Assembly: GCA_905178155.1 (NCBI GenBank)
Contig: CAJINV010000009.1
Span: 855,415 to 919,414 of the forward strand
Origin: Amoebophrya sp. A120
Taxonomy: Eukaryota; Protista; Dinoflagellata
Length of the DNA: 64,000 bases
Direction: 5' to 3'
The notes beneath the pieces were generated by a model. The model was given only the letters and a program-made list of their open reading frames with translations, had not been told where the DNA came from and ran no database searches. A program made the position numbers and the translations under genes. This document shows, piece after piece, positions 37,122 through 49,600 of the stretch; the stretch's first letter is position 1; every line of letters begins with the position of its first letter.

Positions 37122-39221
37122 TCAAGTACTTTTTCTTTTCACACGCCTCGGATGTTTCTTGAAATGTTTTCTATTTTTCCATTCCTGCTTGCGCGTACGT
37201 TTGCTTTTGCAATCGAGCGCACCACCAACGATTTCTCGCACCTCCCGCTTCGATTTCTCGTCCAAATCACCCTTGTAGATTTCCTCTAGCGCGGCGCGCA
37301 CTTTCTGCAGATTTTCCCTGTCTTCGGGGCCGAGGGTAATCGAAGAAAACTTTTCGCGCAAGAGGTACCAGGGTAGCGCGCCAATGGCTTGCGGGTAAAT
37401 GTGCTCCATCTTTCCTTCTGACTGCATCTGGGTGTTGTGCTCGTTCAATCTCTCGTTCGCTTTCCGCCACTCTTGCAGCATCCTCTCAGCATCAAGATCG
37501 CGCAGCAACCCGACTGCCGACCGCGCGTTGTAACTCGGGCCGGCTCGGCATCTCTGTTGCTCATTCCAAAGCGACGCATGTGGAATGCCCGGACCGGGTG
37601 GAAAGATTTCTGGAACTACAACGCTATCACTTGATAGGAGGCTAGCGTCGCGGTAACGCTCCGCCATTTTCTCTTGATTTGTGTGTCCCCAAAACATTAA
37701 GACAAAGTTTCCGTCAGGTGGCGTTACCGCCAGGTCGGCGCCCTCCTCGCGATGCAGTTTGTCGGCCAGACAGGCAGTAGGGATAATGTGCGGCGCACCA
37801 CGGGCCAAAGGTCCGTGTTGCAAACTCGTCTCTATATTGCACGGAACTGGCGCCCCGGAAGCATCGCGCGCCGTAAAATTGTTTACACCCTTGTAGGTTT
37901 GCGCGTTCGCAATCACTAGCTGGCGCGCAACATTGCCCTCCTCGTTGCTTCGAGGTACCCACCACGAGACTACTTGACCCAAAGCCCCGCCTGCGGCACC
38001 GGTCCGGCCCCGGCGCTGGCCTGGAGATGAAATCCCCGCTGCATTGAACCACTGTGCATTCGCGGCGTAGTTGTTGTCCCTGTGGAAAAACGGCACCCTG
38101 AAACTTTTATCGAAAGGAGTAATCGAAACGTCCTCGCCATCCTCCCAGAGGACGTGGCTTAGTCTCGCTGGTGGCAGCGCGATCAGAAGGGGGGGCGCAC
38201 TGCCACTGTGAAAGCTTTCTCCTTCTTCACTTCCGCGGCGATTATTCGCAGGCTGCCGTGCAGCAAGAGCGTCCGTGATCGAAGCTGCAATGTTCTGTGC
38301 GTGTGATGTGAGCCAGCCTTTTGCATACTTTCGAGCCGGTGGATTATTTTTTGGATAGCCAGCAGGTATGAAGTTGTCACCCTCCAGGTTGTCAGGCAGC
38401 TCTATGATGTCTCGGGAAAGTAACGCCCATCCCTGCGTAGAAAGGTTTCCAGCGACTTCTGCGATGTCAGAAGTCGCATTGTCCGCAGAAGACAACACCC
38501 GCGCACCGAAATCTTGCAAAGCCTTGTCGGCAACGAGCTTGGCGGCTTTGGTCGGCATCATATCGTTTTCTGTGTCTACCTTAGACGCGTACTGAAGGTC
38601 GTGGAGTCTTCCTTCGCTTTGTGTAGCGCCGTACGGACCCAGACCACCACCTATAAGTAATTGTATATTCCATTTTACGCTGCTCAACCAATTAACTTAA
38701 CAAATATTGTTTACGACTTCTACAACTAGACCTGGTTCTACATACTAGCTGCTGCTGATGTGCATTGGATTTCTAGCACGAAATGAAAATGATTCGAGCT
38801 CCAGTAGCTGCTTCTATCAACTTGACATCTACCCAAGTAACACCCTCATCCTGAGATAATATTTCAGGATGACGGTGTTACTTCTGTGAAACATATTATT
38901 TGAGCAGATTCATATACCAGTAGGGCAGCTGTCCGTCAGTCTCAGCTGTGGGGGCTCGTCCTCCCTTAGACCAACATTAAGACGTTGTTGAACGGCTAGT
39001 TCTTGTAGCCCCGCGATGCCTGCGGCGACAACAAAAATGGCTGTCTGCTTGCCCAAACAACCGCTCGCTTCACGTTTCCCCGCAGGCCTTGACGGAGCCC
39101 GAAGTTGCGTTCGGAGAGCTGCGGTGAATTGGAACATTTCACAAAAACTGCCGACCGCAACGATAATGAACCAAAAGTAAATCGCACGCCAGCGGACTCC
39201 TTGTTGCGCACTCATTTTCAT
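37122..39221 (-). CDS. Secreted/type II membrane hypothetical protein; 2 exons (GT-AG intron 38651-38917)
   Basis: The N-terminal hydrophobic exon 38918-39221 joins the 521-aa ORF as CPTGGGLGPYG. Confidence 0.65.
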
Positions 39222-40749
39222 TTTATTCGTGCGCTGCCAACCTCAACTCTTTAAAATTGAATAGTTGCGCAGTAGTTTCTACTTGTTCTGCTTCTGACTT
39301 TTTAGGAATAGCAAACAAGACTGAGTCAAGGAAACCGAAACGATACGGATACTAAGCCATGGAGTACAATGATAATCGTTGTGCTAGAAAAAACTGAGAA
39401 GGCACGAGCGAGACGAAAGGCCAGGTGCGCAGTAGAGACGAGCGGGTGCCAAATAACAACTTGAGTAAGTACCTCGTTTGAGCTTTTACTTGCAGAAAAG
39501 CATTATATTGCAATGTAAAAAAATCAAAGTTGGATTTTGAGTAGGTCACTGTAGCCGGAGCGAACTGCGAGATTTGGTATGCTTAGCCTGTCGCGTTGGG
39601 TTGAAGAGAAGAAAGCGAAGCGAAAATAGACCCTAGCTAGAGCGGACGATTGAAAAAACATTTATAAACTGGACGATTGAGAACTCTTTGTCTTTCGTCT
39701 GGCTCGGGACAATGATAATTTTGTTTTTATTGATTATGGTTACCGACAACACGAAAATTCTTCGTTCGTATATCGGGATCCGATCGACCCCGCTTCAAAA
39801 ACTCACGCGACCGATTTCGTGGTTGATTATGATCGAGGCGTCTTTGTATTTGGCCGAGTGATTATGATCACGTGACCGACGAGTTTTGGTTGGTTATGAT
39901 CGGAATGTGTATCTTTTGGAAAAGTGACAGAAGCTGATCCTGATTTCATTTTCATTGATGACAGCGAAGCACTGCAATTTTTATGGCATCGCCTGATATT
40001 AAGCACTGACATTGACAAAGTAACTCGTCCATCCTCTAGATCCTGAGTGAAGATGGGAACTTCGTCTGCCGTTTCTGCAAAATCTTGACAATAGTTCACA
40101 TCCTGGCGCCCCCTCGCGACGTGCTGCAATTTCCAATTCTCGGCGCACGCCTGGAGCCGTGCCTCTGCTTCTGCACCGTGCAGAAAAACAAAGCTGGCAC
40201 GTTCCTGTCAATCTGATTCTGAACAGTCGTCGCGCGTAAGCGCACAGTACTTGTTATACGCACACTCCTTCCATGTTAGTCTTAGTCTTCGTCTCTGCTG
40301 GTTCGAACTAACAATGCGCTCGACTTGCACTTGCGCAGTTGACAACAGGCACAAGCAGGATTAGGATTACGAACAAAGACAAATCATGTCCGTGACCTCA
40401 CTACATACAAATAATTACATATACATCCGTACCACTGGCGTGCTTTCGATTGCTCCTACATCATAGCGATTTATTACAGAATAGTTTTATTTCTAATTTC
40501 ATATTTATATCAAGTAATATTAGTATACGTTGATGTAGTGTGGGTTTCGTTTAGGTTACATATAGCAAAGTCCTCGTCTCAAACTGAGGGGCAGATCGCA
40601 CTCGCTCTCGCGGTTGTTACATCATAATTACATGTTTTTCTTTTGATTTCGTGTGCTTAGAGTTGCTGAGCATGAAGAGCACCAGCTCGCTCGTTCAAGT
40701 CCGTGTTACTTCGTTCCCCGATGTTCTTCGTCATTCGTAACACCTTTTT

Positions 40750-43700
40750 TTATCCTCCAGCTAGTCCCTGGTCCTCATCTTCGTCGACGCGACCATTAGT
40801 CCGGCTGTTCTCGCCGCGAGTCATCGTGCCTTCGCCTTCGATGTCTTCGTTTTCGCCAGCGCCGCCTTTTCTCTTCTTTTTTCGCTCACGAAACAGTTGC
40901 CATTTGAACGCAAGCTTGCCCTGCACCGGCATATCCTTCATTTTTTCTGCGAAGCTACCACTGGTCGTGTTCTCACTGTTCTCGACTTTCTCCACATCGC
41001 TCGGAAGGTAGAGCGGCAATTCGTCCTGCTTTTGCAAAAGGCACCCGCCCTTCGCGTGCTTCCGCACCTTCAACCGGCACTCGCCGAGCAGCACGGGCTG
41101 TTTCTGGGTCAGTTCCGCGGTGAAGTCCAAATCGTTCTCGTCGTCGTTGGTTGTTCTGCCCGTGTCGTACACTTGAACCATATGCATTGCAATCGTATGA
41201 TCTATCGTAGTGGTGCTTGGTAGAACTTGCAATGCAAATTTTCTCAGAACACAAACAGCAACAGGGAAAAATGGAATTTGCCATGCTGACCCAGCTTCGA
41301 GAGCAGATTTCTCATGCATAACTGCAATTGAAGAAGTAGTACCACGGGTACGATAAAAGATATTAGTTTTGCGCCGGATAAAACACCGCCTCCAGTGACT
41401 TGCCGTCGTACGGAATTCGGGTCGTGTAGCGAAAATACGGCTTCGTCGTGCCGGAGACGACCTGCGATTGCCGCGACGCATCGCCCAACTTAATCACCGC
41501 GTAGGTGGAGGTACTCTTTAGCGAGTGTGCGCTATCCAAGAAAAAAACATTGTAGGTGTGACTTTTTTATTTTTGGAGGAACAGCATTGCAAATTTGTCT
41601 GGCATGACAGCAAAAACCTGTCATGCGCAGATAGTACGTGAAAACGCCCTTTAATGGACCCTACGATGCATGCCAAGCATGACTGACACACGCAATCATC
41701 TTGAGTGTTGCGCATCACAAATTTACACTAACAACGTTTTTTTCTTGCATATGCGCGCACCACCTGGACCAGCGCGTGGTCCTGTTTCATCACCTCCTGT
41801 TCGTAATCCTCCGTTTGCGTGTGCTCGATCAGGTCACGGGGCACCGTATAATTGATGTCACCCGAGGACATGTTCTTATTTGTTCCACCGTCCAGTCGCG
41901 ACTTCTTCCGCTCTTCCACTTTCACGGAGAGGTTCCTGGCGGCGAGTTTCGCGTTGAACAAGGAAAAGAGCTCTTTCGTGCGGTCAACTACACCGGTCGT
42001 CGGGGACGAGGACGTTGTATTTGCGACCGCAGTAGAGGACGACGATGCACCCGCGGCGGCTCCTGCGGCCGCCGCCGCAGTTGCGCCGGCAGTTCGTCCC
42101 GACGGTGACGTCGGCGATACCGTGTCGTCCAGCTCCTGACGCAAGCTGGACATCATGGTGGCGGGGGAAATGTTCTGGTCCCGATCTTCAGTCCCAGCGG
42201 GGGAGTTGGAATCGTCCCTCGTCATGTCGAAGTACTTTGCGGCTCCTGCTGCTGCAGTTGTACTAATAATCCCCCCTTGACTGTTCGCGTTCTTCAACAT
42301 CTGGTCACTGGCACGCCCCGCGTTCAAACTTCTCGTCTATGCATTGCAACGTAGTCGTATCGGAGGAGTGGGAATTGCATTTTTCTATAATTTTTTCGAA
42401 TGGAAAAAGCGAATCTGTATTTGTGATGGTGCATGAGCTTGGAAACCAAATCTCTCATACTGTACTGCAGTTTGTACGAATACGATATCGATGCTGTTGC
42501 AACGCATACTGTTATCGCATCCTCCTCGTCGTCCAGCTGAAAGAGCACCGTCTTTGCCTGCTCGGCCGCGTCTGCTCGAAGCTGCGAGAGCGGACTGCTG
42601 CTGAACGAACGCGGGGGGCTGTTACGGTAAATTTTCGCGATCTCCGACTTGGTGATCTTCTCTTCCAGTGTAGGTTCCTCTTCGACCACAACCTGCGGCC
42701 CCAAAAGCGGAGCGGTCTGCTCGCCCTCCGCGCGGGCGGTCAGGGAGCCCACCGGATGGTGCCGGTGGCGACGGGACTGATGACGTTTTGCGTTTCCATT
42801 TTCGTTTTTTCTTTTCAATTTTCTCCTCCAGAAAGGCAGACCAGAGCAAAGAGCTTGCAGCCGAAATTTTGTACTCAACATTTGAAGGAATTGAAATTAC
42901 TTAGTATGTGAAAAAGAAGATCATGTGAAAAGATATGAGCCATGAAGGAAACAGATCCAGTACGGCTTCTACCGTTGCAGCAGAAGCTCCTGCTTTTTCC
43001 GCACCGCTACCGAAGAAGTGCCACGCCAGCCCAAGGATCAACAAGCTGCACAACCCACCAACCATTTGCACGAGCGCCGTCCTGGACAAACAGATGCTGT
43101 CCGTAATCTTGAGAAAAGACGCATGAATTTGCCTAGAGCTTTAACACCCGTTAGCATGAGAAGTGGTGAATTTGTAGTGAATTTTGCATGACAAATTGCA
43201 GATGAGTCCGCCGGGACATTGTCCCTCTTGGCCTTCTGGGAAGTGGGTTCTGCACACCGCAAAAGTCAAGGCTTATGCGGCGGGCAACTTCTAGACATGG
43301 CCTGGGTGCCGTTCTTTGGCCATGTCTATTCGTCTCCCTGTGCTCGTATAAGAGCACTGCAGCAGCCGCGGCAAAGACGCCAAAAAGACAGTGCTGCGAA
43401 GCACATGCAATCAGGCAAGAAGGCGCGAAAGCAAGGGCAAAAGGACCAGGCCAAGAGCTCTGACGCGTCTATCCGGCAGGCGCGTGAGCTCTCCCGGCCT
43501 TTTCGGCAGAATATAAAGGGGCTGAGGGGGGCAGCAGAGGGCGCTTGCCTTTTCCCCTCGGCCCCACTTCCCAGGGCCTATTTGCGGACTTCCTTGAGCA
43601 CTTTTCTGCGCTAAAGTTTGCTTATCACGGTCGAAAAGGGGCGCCCGGTGAATTTTGGGGTGAATTTTGAAAAGGGCGGCGGTGAATTTTGGCCTCCGGC

Positions 43701-45274
43701 TCATGTTCAAAATGCGCTAGCGCATGGGAAACTCCGGGTTTTGGAGCTCCAGAAAAGTTTCAAAAAAAGGAAAAGTCCCAAAATTCACCAGGAGAATTCC
43801 TGACCTGGGAATCACGTCGAAGAAGACTCGAGGACCCGAACAAGATGAGGCAGGAACACAGCTGGGAAGAAGCAAGCTACAGAGCAAACAAGCAGGCGAT
43901 GCTAGCATCCATTGCAACATGTCTCCAGACATCCAAGCCGAGCCAGCCGGAACCCGTGAGAGCTACCCACTTAGATGCTCACCCAGTGCCCCTCTCCTGT
44001 TGAGGCTTCGGCCCCCTCCCTCTCGACCCACTATGAACTCCGCAGAGGCAGTGTTGTATTGTGAGACCGCCAGAGGCCGCCTTTACTTCTTGGCAACGCA
44101 CCAGGCAGCTGCAAAGACGTGCGTCTCTACTTTAGGCTCTGACAGTGAGCGTCACCATCCAAGTGACAGCCTTTCAACTACTTACACGGAACGCTGACTG
44201 CCTGGCGTCCTTCTCGCGCTCTTCATATGCCCTCTAATTCATGCATCATGCCACGCAATACAAATTCACTGCAAATTCACCCTTCTGTATGTTAACGACC
44301 GTCCAAGACATAACCATTTGCACGAACGCCGTCCTGGACAAACAGATGCTGTCCGTAATCTTGAGAAAAGAAACTTCTGGGGTTGCAGCCGACTGCAGCG
44401 AACTTGTACTCGCCGTCCTAGCATGCGTCGTGTCGTCCGCGACCGGTGGACGATTGCTGGCAGTCGGTGCATCATCATGTGCGCTTTCTGTTCGCTGCTC
44501 CCCCGACAATTTCGTACTAGTCCTTTGAGGACCTCCAATCAAGAGCTGAACCCCGTGCAGAAAATCGCTGCCCACCGCGGCAGAAATTTGCTGGAAAACA
44601 CTCCAGCTGGCAAACGGCGAGGGAAGTTTGTGCTCCCGGTCGTCGAACACCAAATACGGCTTTTCCCGGCGGAGCTTCGCTAGCACCACATCAGCTGCAG
44701 AAGGGTTTCCCGATAATTTCGTAGTGGAGCTGGTGCTGGAGCTGGTGTCACTTCCTCCTTGCTTCTCTTTCATCTTCCCAATCGCAATTGGTTTGGTGTT
44801 GTCTCGTAGTTGTCCTGCTGCAGCTTGTTTACTGTGCTGGAGGCTCGCCGTCTCGCTGGCACCCGACTCAACAAACTTGGTATTTTTAGTACGGTGCGGG
44901 TCCTCCTGCTCCTGCTGAGGATCGTGCCGATTATTTTTGCCATCCTTTGCGCGGTACTGGTAGTAGTTGTGTCGCCGCAACAGCAGGGCCGACTGTGCTG
45001 CGGTGGATTTACGTTGATGCTGTGCTGCTGAACTCACCGGCGAGGCATGATGCTGGTCGCTTGACGGTGTCAAAGCAGCAAGCACCTGGTGAGGATAGCT
45101 AATGGGAAAGGAGGCTGTCAGAAAGCAGACTGACCTCAACCTTCTTCCCTGATTTCGTCGCAGTTTCATCTTCGACGCAGCGCTTCGAGGTGCAGCGCCA
45201 AGTGAACGCTCACTATCACTACCCATTGCTGCTCTGCAGACAAAGAACTCAAACGTCGACATAGATGAATACAT
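40750..45274 (-). CDS. Membrane-anchored protein with a C-terminal C2 domain; multi-exon
   Basis: After removing elements: LVQVVRAHSLKSTSTYAVIKLGDASRQSQVVSGTTKPYFRYTTRIPYDGKSLEAVFQVYD...LLGECRL...GKLAFKWQL (C2 pattern). TM segment MVGGLCSLLILGLAWHFF. The short intron near 42880-42945 is unresolved. Confidence 0.7.
41181..41380. mobile_element. Introner, family B in reverse orientation; TSD AACCA/AAACA
   Basis: Left end TATGCATTGCAA, right end TTTTGCGCCGGATA. Removal restores the C2 frame. Confidence 0.8.
41533..41751. mobile_element. Introner, family A; TSD TGCGC
   Basis: TATCCAAGAAAAAAAC...GTTTTTTTCTTGCATA. TGCGC at 41528-41532 and 41752-41756. Homologous to 2059-2273. Confidence 0.92.
42338..42508. 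mobile_element. Family-B-like introner with an eroded TSD, forming a canonical GT-AG intron (42337-42509)
   Basis: TATGCATTGCAAC...GTTGCAACGCATA. A GT-AG splice gives EEDAITTRSLNAGR in frame. Confidence 0.75.
43120..44312. mobile_element. Expanded TIR element (family F) with a GC-rich interior, flanked by a 60-bp exon duplication
   Basis: Subterminal IR GTTAGCATGAGAAGTGGTGAATTTGTAGTGAATTT vs AAATTCACTGCAAATTCACCCTTCTGTATGTTAAC. Right terminus ATA. 43060-43119 equals 44312-44371 with one mismatch. Confidence 0.75.
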
Positions 45275-46658
45275 AGGGATGAACCAAGCAGAACATGGTC
45301 CTTCTTATTTCTGGTAGCTTGCTCCTGAGCCTGACAAATTGTGTGATAAATTACTTGTGCTGTGCGTTTGGGTATCAATTTTGCATGCTTCCAATTTACC
45401 ACGAAGACGAGCACGAAGCCACATTCTTCAAATACTTGCGCGACCATGACATCACCCCTGGTCGCGATAAATGTCCCTCAACACCCTCACGAAATTTAAA
45501 GCGAAATAGAGGATGAGGAGTGACGATGCAAAAAAAGCATCAACGAAGACGATTCATTGAAACGATGGAGTCGTTTAATGCGAGCTATGTTGGCATCCGC
45601 TTTCCCGCCAGCATCGACGATAAGTTCCACCATTCTGACGAGAAACGAAATCGAACCGGAATCCATCGACTCACTCTTCGCTTTTCATCTCGTACTACTA
45701 CACAATTGCTTTCCATAGTTTGGAAGAAGGTCCGCAAAAGGACAAAAGTCCGGTATTTCTTTCGAAGTGCAAGTACTGACGAAGAAGTTTCAATAAAAAC
45801 TTTTTCATCTGGCACGTCAGTGATGAAACCGATGAAGGTGACGGTAGCTGCCAGAAACGGAACCAGACCGGGAGGAGAGTTTGTTTTTATCTTCAACTAT
45901 TGTACAAGAGAGGGCTCATTTTATTTCTCGGAAGTATTTCCATCGGTGAATCTGTCTGCGATGCACATACTAGCTGCTTCAAGTGCAGCGCCATCGTCCA
46001 CTTGTTGTTTACGATTTCGATTTTCTTTGCTGGTGTAGGTCCTGTTCTTGCACGTGCAAGAAGCAAGTGGTGAGTTTTCTAATGTCAATCCATTGCATAA
46101 AAGATAAAATCAAGTCCATTTGTAGAGTGTAATTTCACTTTGAGGTTAGCAAGTAGGTTTTCGCTCGGACAATACAGGTGGCCTTTCATTTTGGTGTACA
46201 ATTTTTTGCGCCTCTCGGATTCGAATTTGAATTTTATATTTATTGGGGTAAAAGTTGTACAAGCATACAGCATAGCAAAAATCTGTCAATATCACAGGGG
46301 TAGAAACAATATTCATACATAAGTAATAGATACCATACAGCGAGCGAAAAGCGTTTATTTACATACCAAAGCGGCTAATGAAACTAGGAGCGAGCACGAG
46401 TCGGCAGCTCCCTTCTGGAGGTTTTCATATGCATACAAAAATCATTTTATCGGAACTAAAACGCGGAATAGGTAAAGATTCATTTTGATTTTGAGCGTGA
46501 AATCTGTGTAAGTGTACGCGCATCGGCTTATTCACGCTCGGCGATTTTGGTTTTGAATGTCAATGTCTTAGTCTTTGAATATCACAATCAAATAAATCAT
46601 CCTCGCACGGAAAAGTTTCTAGAGCCTACATTTTTTGGAATTCCAGTTGTAAGGGGTC

Positions 46659-49600
46659 TCAGAAGAACCACGGCAGCTTGTCATATTCCCCGCCATGCTG
46701 CGTGTCGACGTTTTCGTGCACGGTGATGATGTTATTCACGCTGGCGTTTTCGACGTCGTTGCGCAGTTCCTTCTCCGAGTATTCCATCTTGTGTGCGTCG
46801 TGCTTTTTCCGCTCTAACATGGCTTTCCGAATCTGACCGCCTGAGTTGTAATGCTTCTCTGCTTTTTCCAGGTGCGTTAGCTCCTTTTCTTCCACGTTGT
46901 TAGGGTTCATATTGTTCAGAAGCACCGATTGGTGACTGGGAACCCGCTCGAACGGAACGGCCGACTCGCCCCAGCCTTGCGTCTGCAAGCCGGTCAACTC
47001 CTCCCACTTTTCGTCCATCCCGCCCTTGAGAACGTAGCGCGCTCCATCAACGCCCTCCTTGCGCCTGCCGTCGCCAGTTCCTGCTACATGAGGGTACAAT
47101 GCTTCCTGTTTGAGTTTCATTTTGAGAGAACATTTATTTTTGTAGTTGAAACCACAACCAGTACTACTCCAACACCAAACGCAGGAGAAAAACGTTAAGG
47201 TTGTATCTCACATACTATCTACTTCATCCCTGTACACGCAACTACCCTTTTTGGCAGGAGGTCGATGACCTCAAGGTGGGATCAAACGCGCACATCAACA
47301 GTGGTTTGGAAAGTGGAACTAAAAATGCAAAAAGTCGAACAAGTACCCTTGGATTGGCTTTTGCCTGTTCCCTCGTTTCCTTTGCTTTCAAATCCGCCAG
47401 GCTGCGGATTCTGTCCGTGGCTTCGGCTTGAGCCGCAGAGCGCGACGGAAACGAGGACAGCGGCGGTGGCTTTGGCTTGAGCAGTCCGTGCGGAGCGACG
47501 TAGTGATTCTTCGGCGCATCTTCGGGAGCGAAGTCGGCACTAACTTGGCTGCTAACCGGAATCCGGTGGACTGGTCCTTCGGGCTCCTCGTCCGAGGGAT
47601 GGTCTATGTGGTCTTTGCCCGTCATCTTTTTCTGCGAGGCCAGATAGGCCGCCGAAGCCTTGCTGTTAGACTTCTTGCTGTTTCCTTTGGCGAATTTGCC
47701 GTCGTAGTCGTCGCCTTCTTCAACCTCCGCGACCGTCAGTTCCCCTTCCGCAGACACCGACTTCTTCTTCGTCGAAGAGCGCACGCTCGGGCACCACGTC
47801 GACTTGGGGGCTGAAGCTGAGGATGAGTTTGAGTTCTGACTCTTAGCTCTATCCTCCTTCTCCTCGCTGGTCGTCCTGGTGGATCTCTTCTCATTTTTGG
47901 AGTCGCCCGCAGGACGATCAGCACCTCCTCCATCGTCGTCGTCATCGCCACTGTCGCTCTCGTCCGCGAGACCGGCGTCAAACACGCTCTCATCGCTGTC
48001 GGAGCTGCTGTCGTCGTTGCCTCCGAGCACGTCTTGCTGCAGGTGCGGCAGAAACGGCATGGCGGTCGGTTCCCGGATGTGCTTCCGTTCGTACATATGG
48101 TGATGCTCGTGTTTAAACGTGAACCACAAGAACCAGACGAACAAAAACACAATCATGCCGACGTAGAGGAAAATGGTGAGCCACGACACCAGTGCGCTGC
48201 CAACTTGGTTGTTGTAGGAATGCTTCGCGGCGTTGCTCGAATGCGCTGCGTCGGAAGAGAAAATTTCCTCCAGACTCGTCATGTTTGCGAGGGGACTTAT
48301 CGCGTACTGTGGCGGAAGGGACGTCGGGTCCAAGCACCGGATGCGCTGCATCTCGTTCTGGTACAGCTTGCTGATCACCGCGATGTCGTGCGGAAGGATG
48401 ACGAACTTCGCTGCGTTCAGCTTGCTAGTGCACGTGTGCATGCCTAAGAAGTCGTTCACAATCGTCGGGACCTGCCCCGTGCTGGCCGAAATGCGGGTGG
48501 CGCCAAGCTTCGTTGTTTCGGTCGACGCGGACTCTCCGGGTGCGGACTGGTCGAGACACAGGTAATTGCCGCACCCGTAGTACTCCGACCAGTGGAGTTT
48601 GTCCTGCGCCTCGTCGCCGTCCTCGTCAAAAACGCCATCGGGGGGGCGAACACAGGCAACGCGCACGATCCAGTACAAGTTGTCGTTCTCATTCCGGATG
48701 TTGGCGCTAGCCGACGTGTCTGTGCTGTACCGATGGTTGGGCTGCAGGATGAACTTGTACTTCAGCGCGGCTGGGTCCGTCATGGTCACTCTGCGCGCGT
48801 CCTGCAGAAAGCCGTTGGCGGCAACGGAGACCTCACCGCGGCCGACCAGCTGGTCGTTGGTGTCGAGCAGATACTTGCTGGAGTAGAGCGACACTTTCAA
48901 GTCGCAGGTCGTCGGATCCTTGTAAGCTACTTCGGATGGGTAGCGAACCACTCCCTCTGGCTTTAGTGTCCAGCCCTGGAATTGCAGCGTGTTTGCGGCG
49001 GTCGAATCGATCACCGGACACTTTTTCTGCGTCTCTGTGGGCGACACACCCATCCGGTAGGGGTACTCGACGACCGAGGAGGAATAACCACCAGTGCTAG
49101 TGCTGCTATTGCTACCAACGTCGAAGGTTGGCAGCATGCCCGGGCACACTTGCAGCCTGGTCAACACTTCGTTCGTCTTGGTAATCAGCAGCGCGCTGTT
49201 CTTCGTGAACACGTCGTTCTTCTCGTCCGACAGATCAAAATCGAGCATCGGGCGCTTTCCCTGGTAGCAGTACTTCAGGGTCTTTTGGTCTACACAGTAA
49301 AACAAATGCGCGTGGAAGGCTTGCGCCTCGACGAATTTCGTCTTGCTCCGCCACGACACCAGCCTGCTGTTCGCGATGGACGCCGGAAGCTGCTTCTCCT
49401 CGTCACCAGCGCTGTCGCAATCGAAGCGCACGTAAAGCTGCTCCGAGATCGGGATGCAATGCTGTTTGGCAAGCCGCTCGTTGTGGAACGTGACGTCGGG
49501 CGGCGGCGACACAGGGTTCGCTGACACTTGGGCAGAGCCAGCCCCTACTAGCAGCCCGCAGCCGGGACCCCTCCAGAGCTGGAAATCCAACCGCGTGCCG

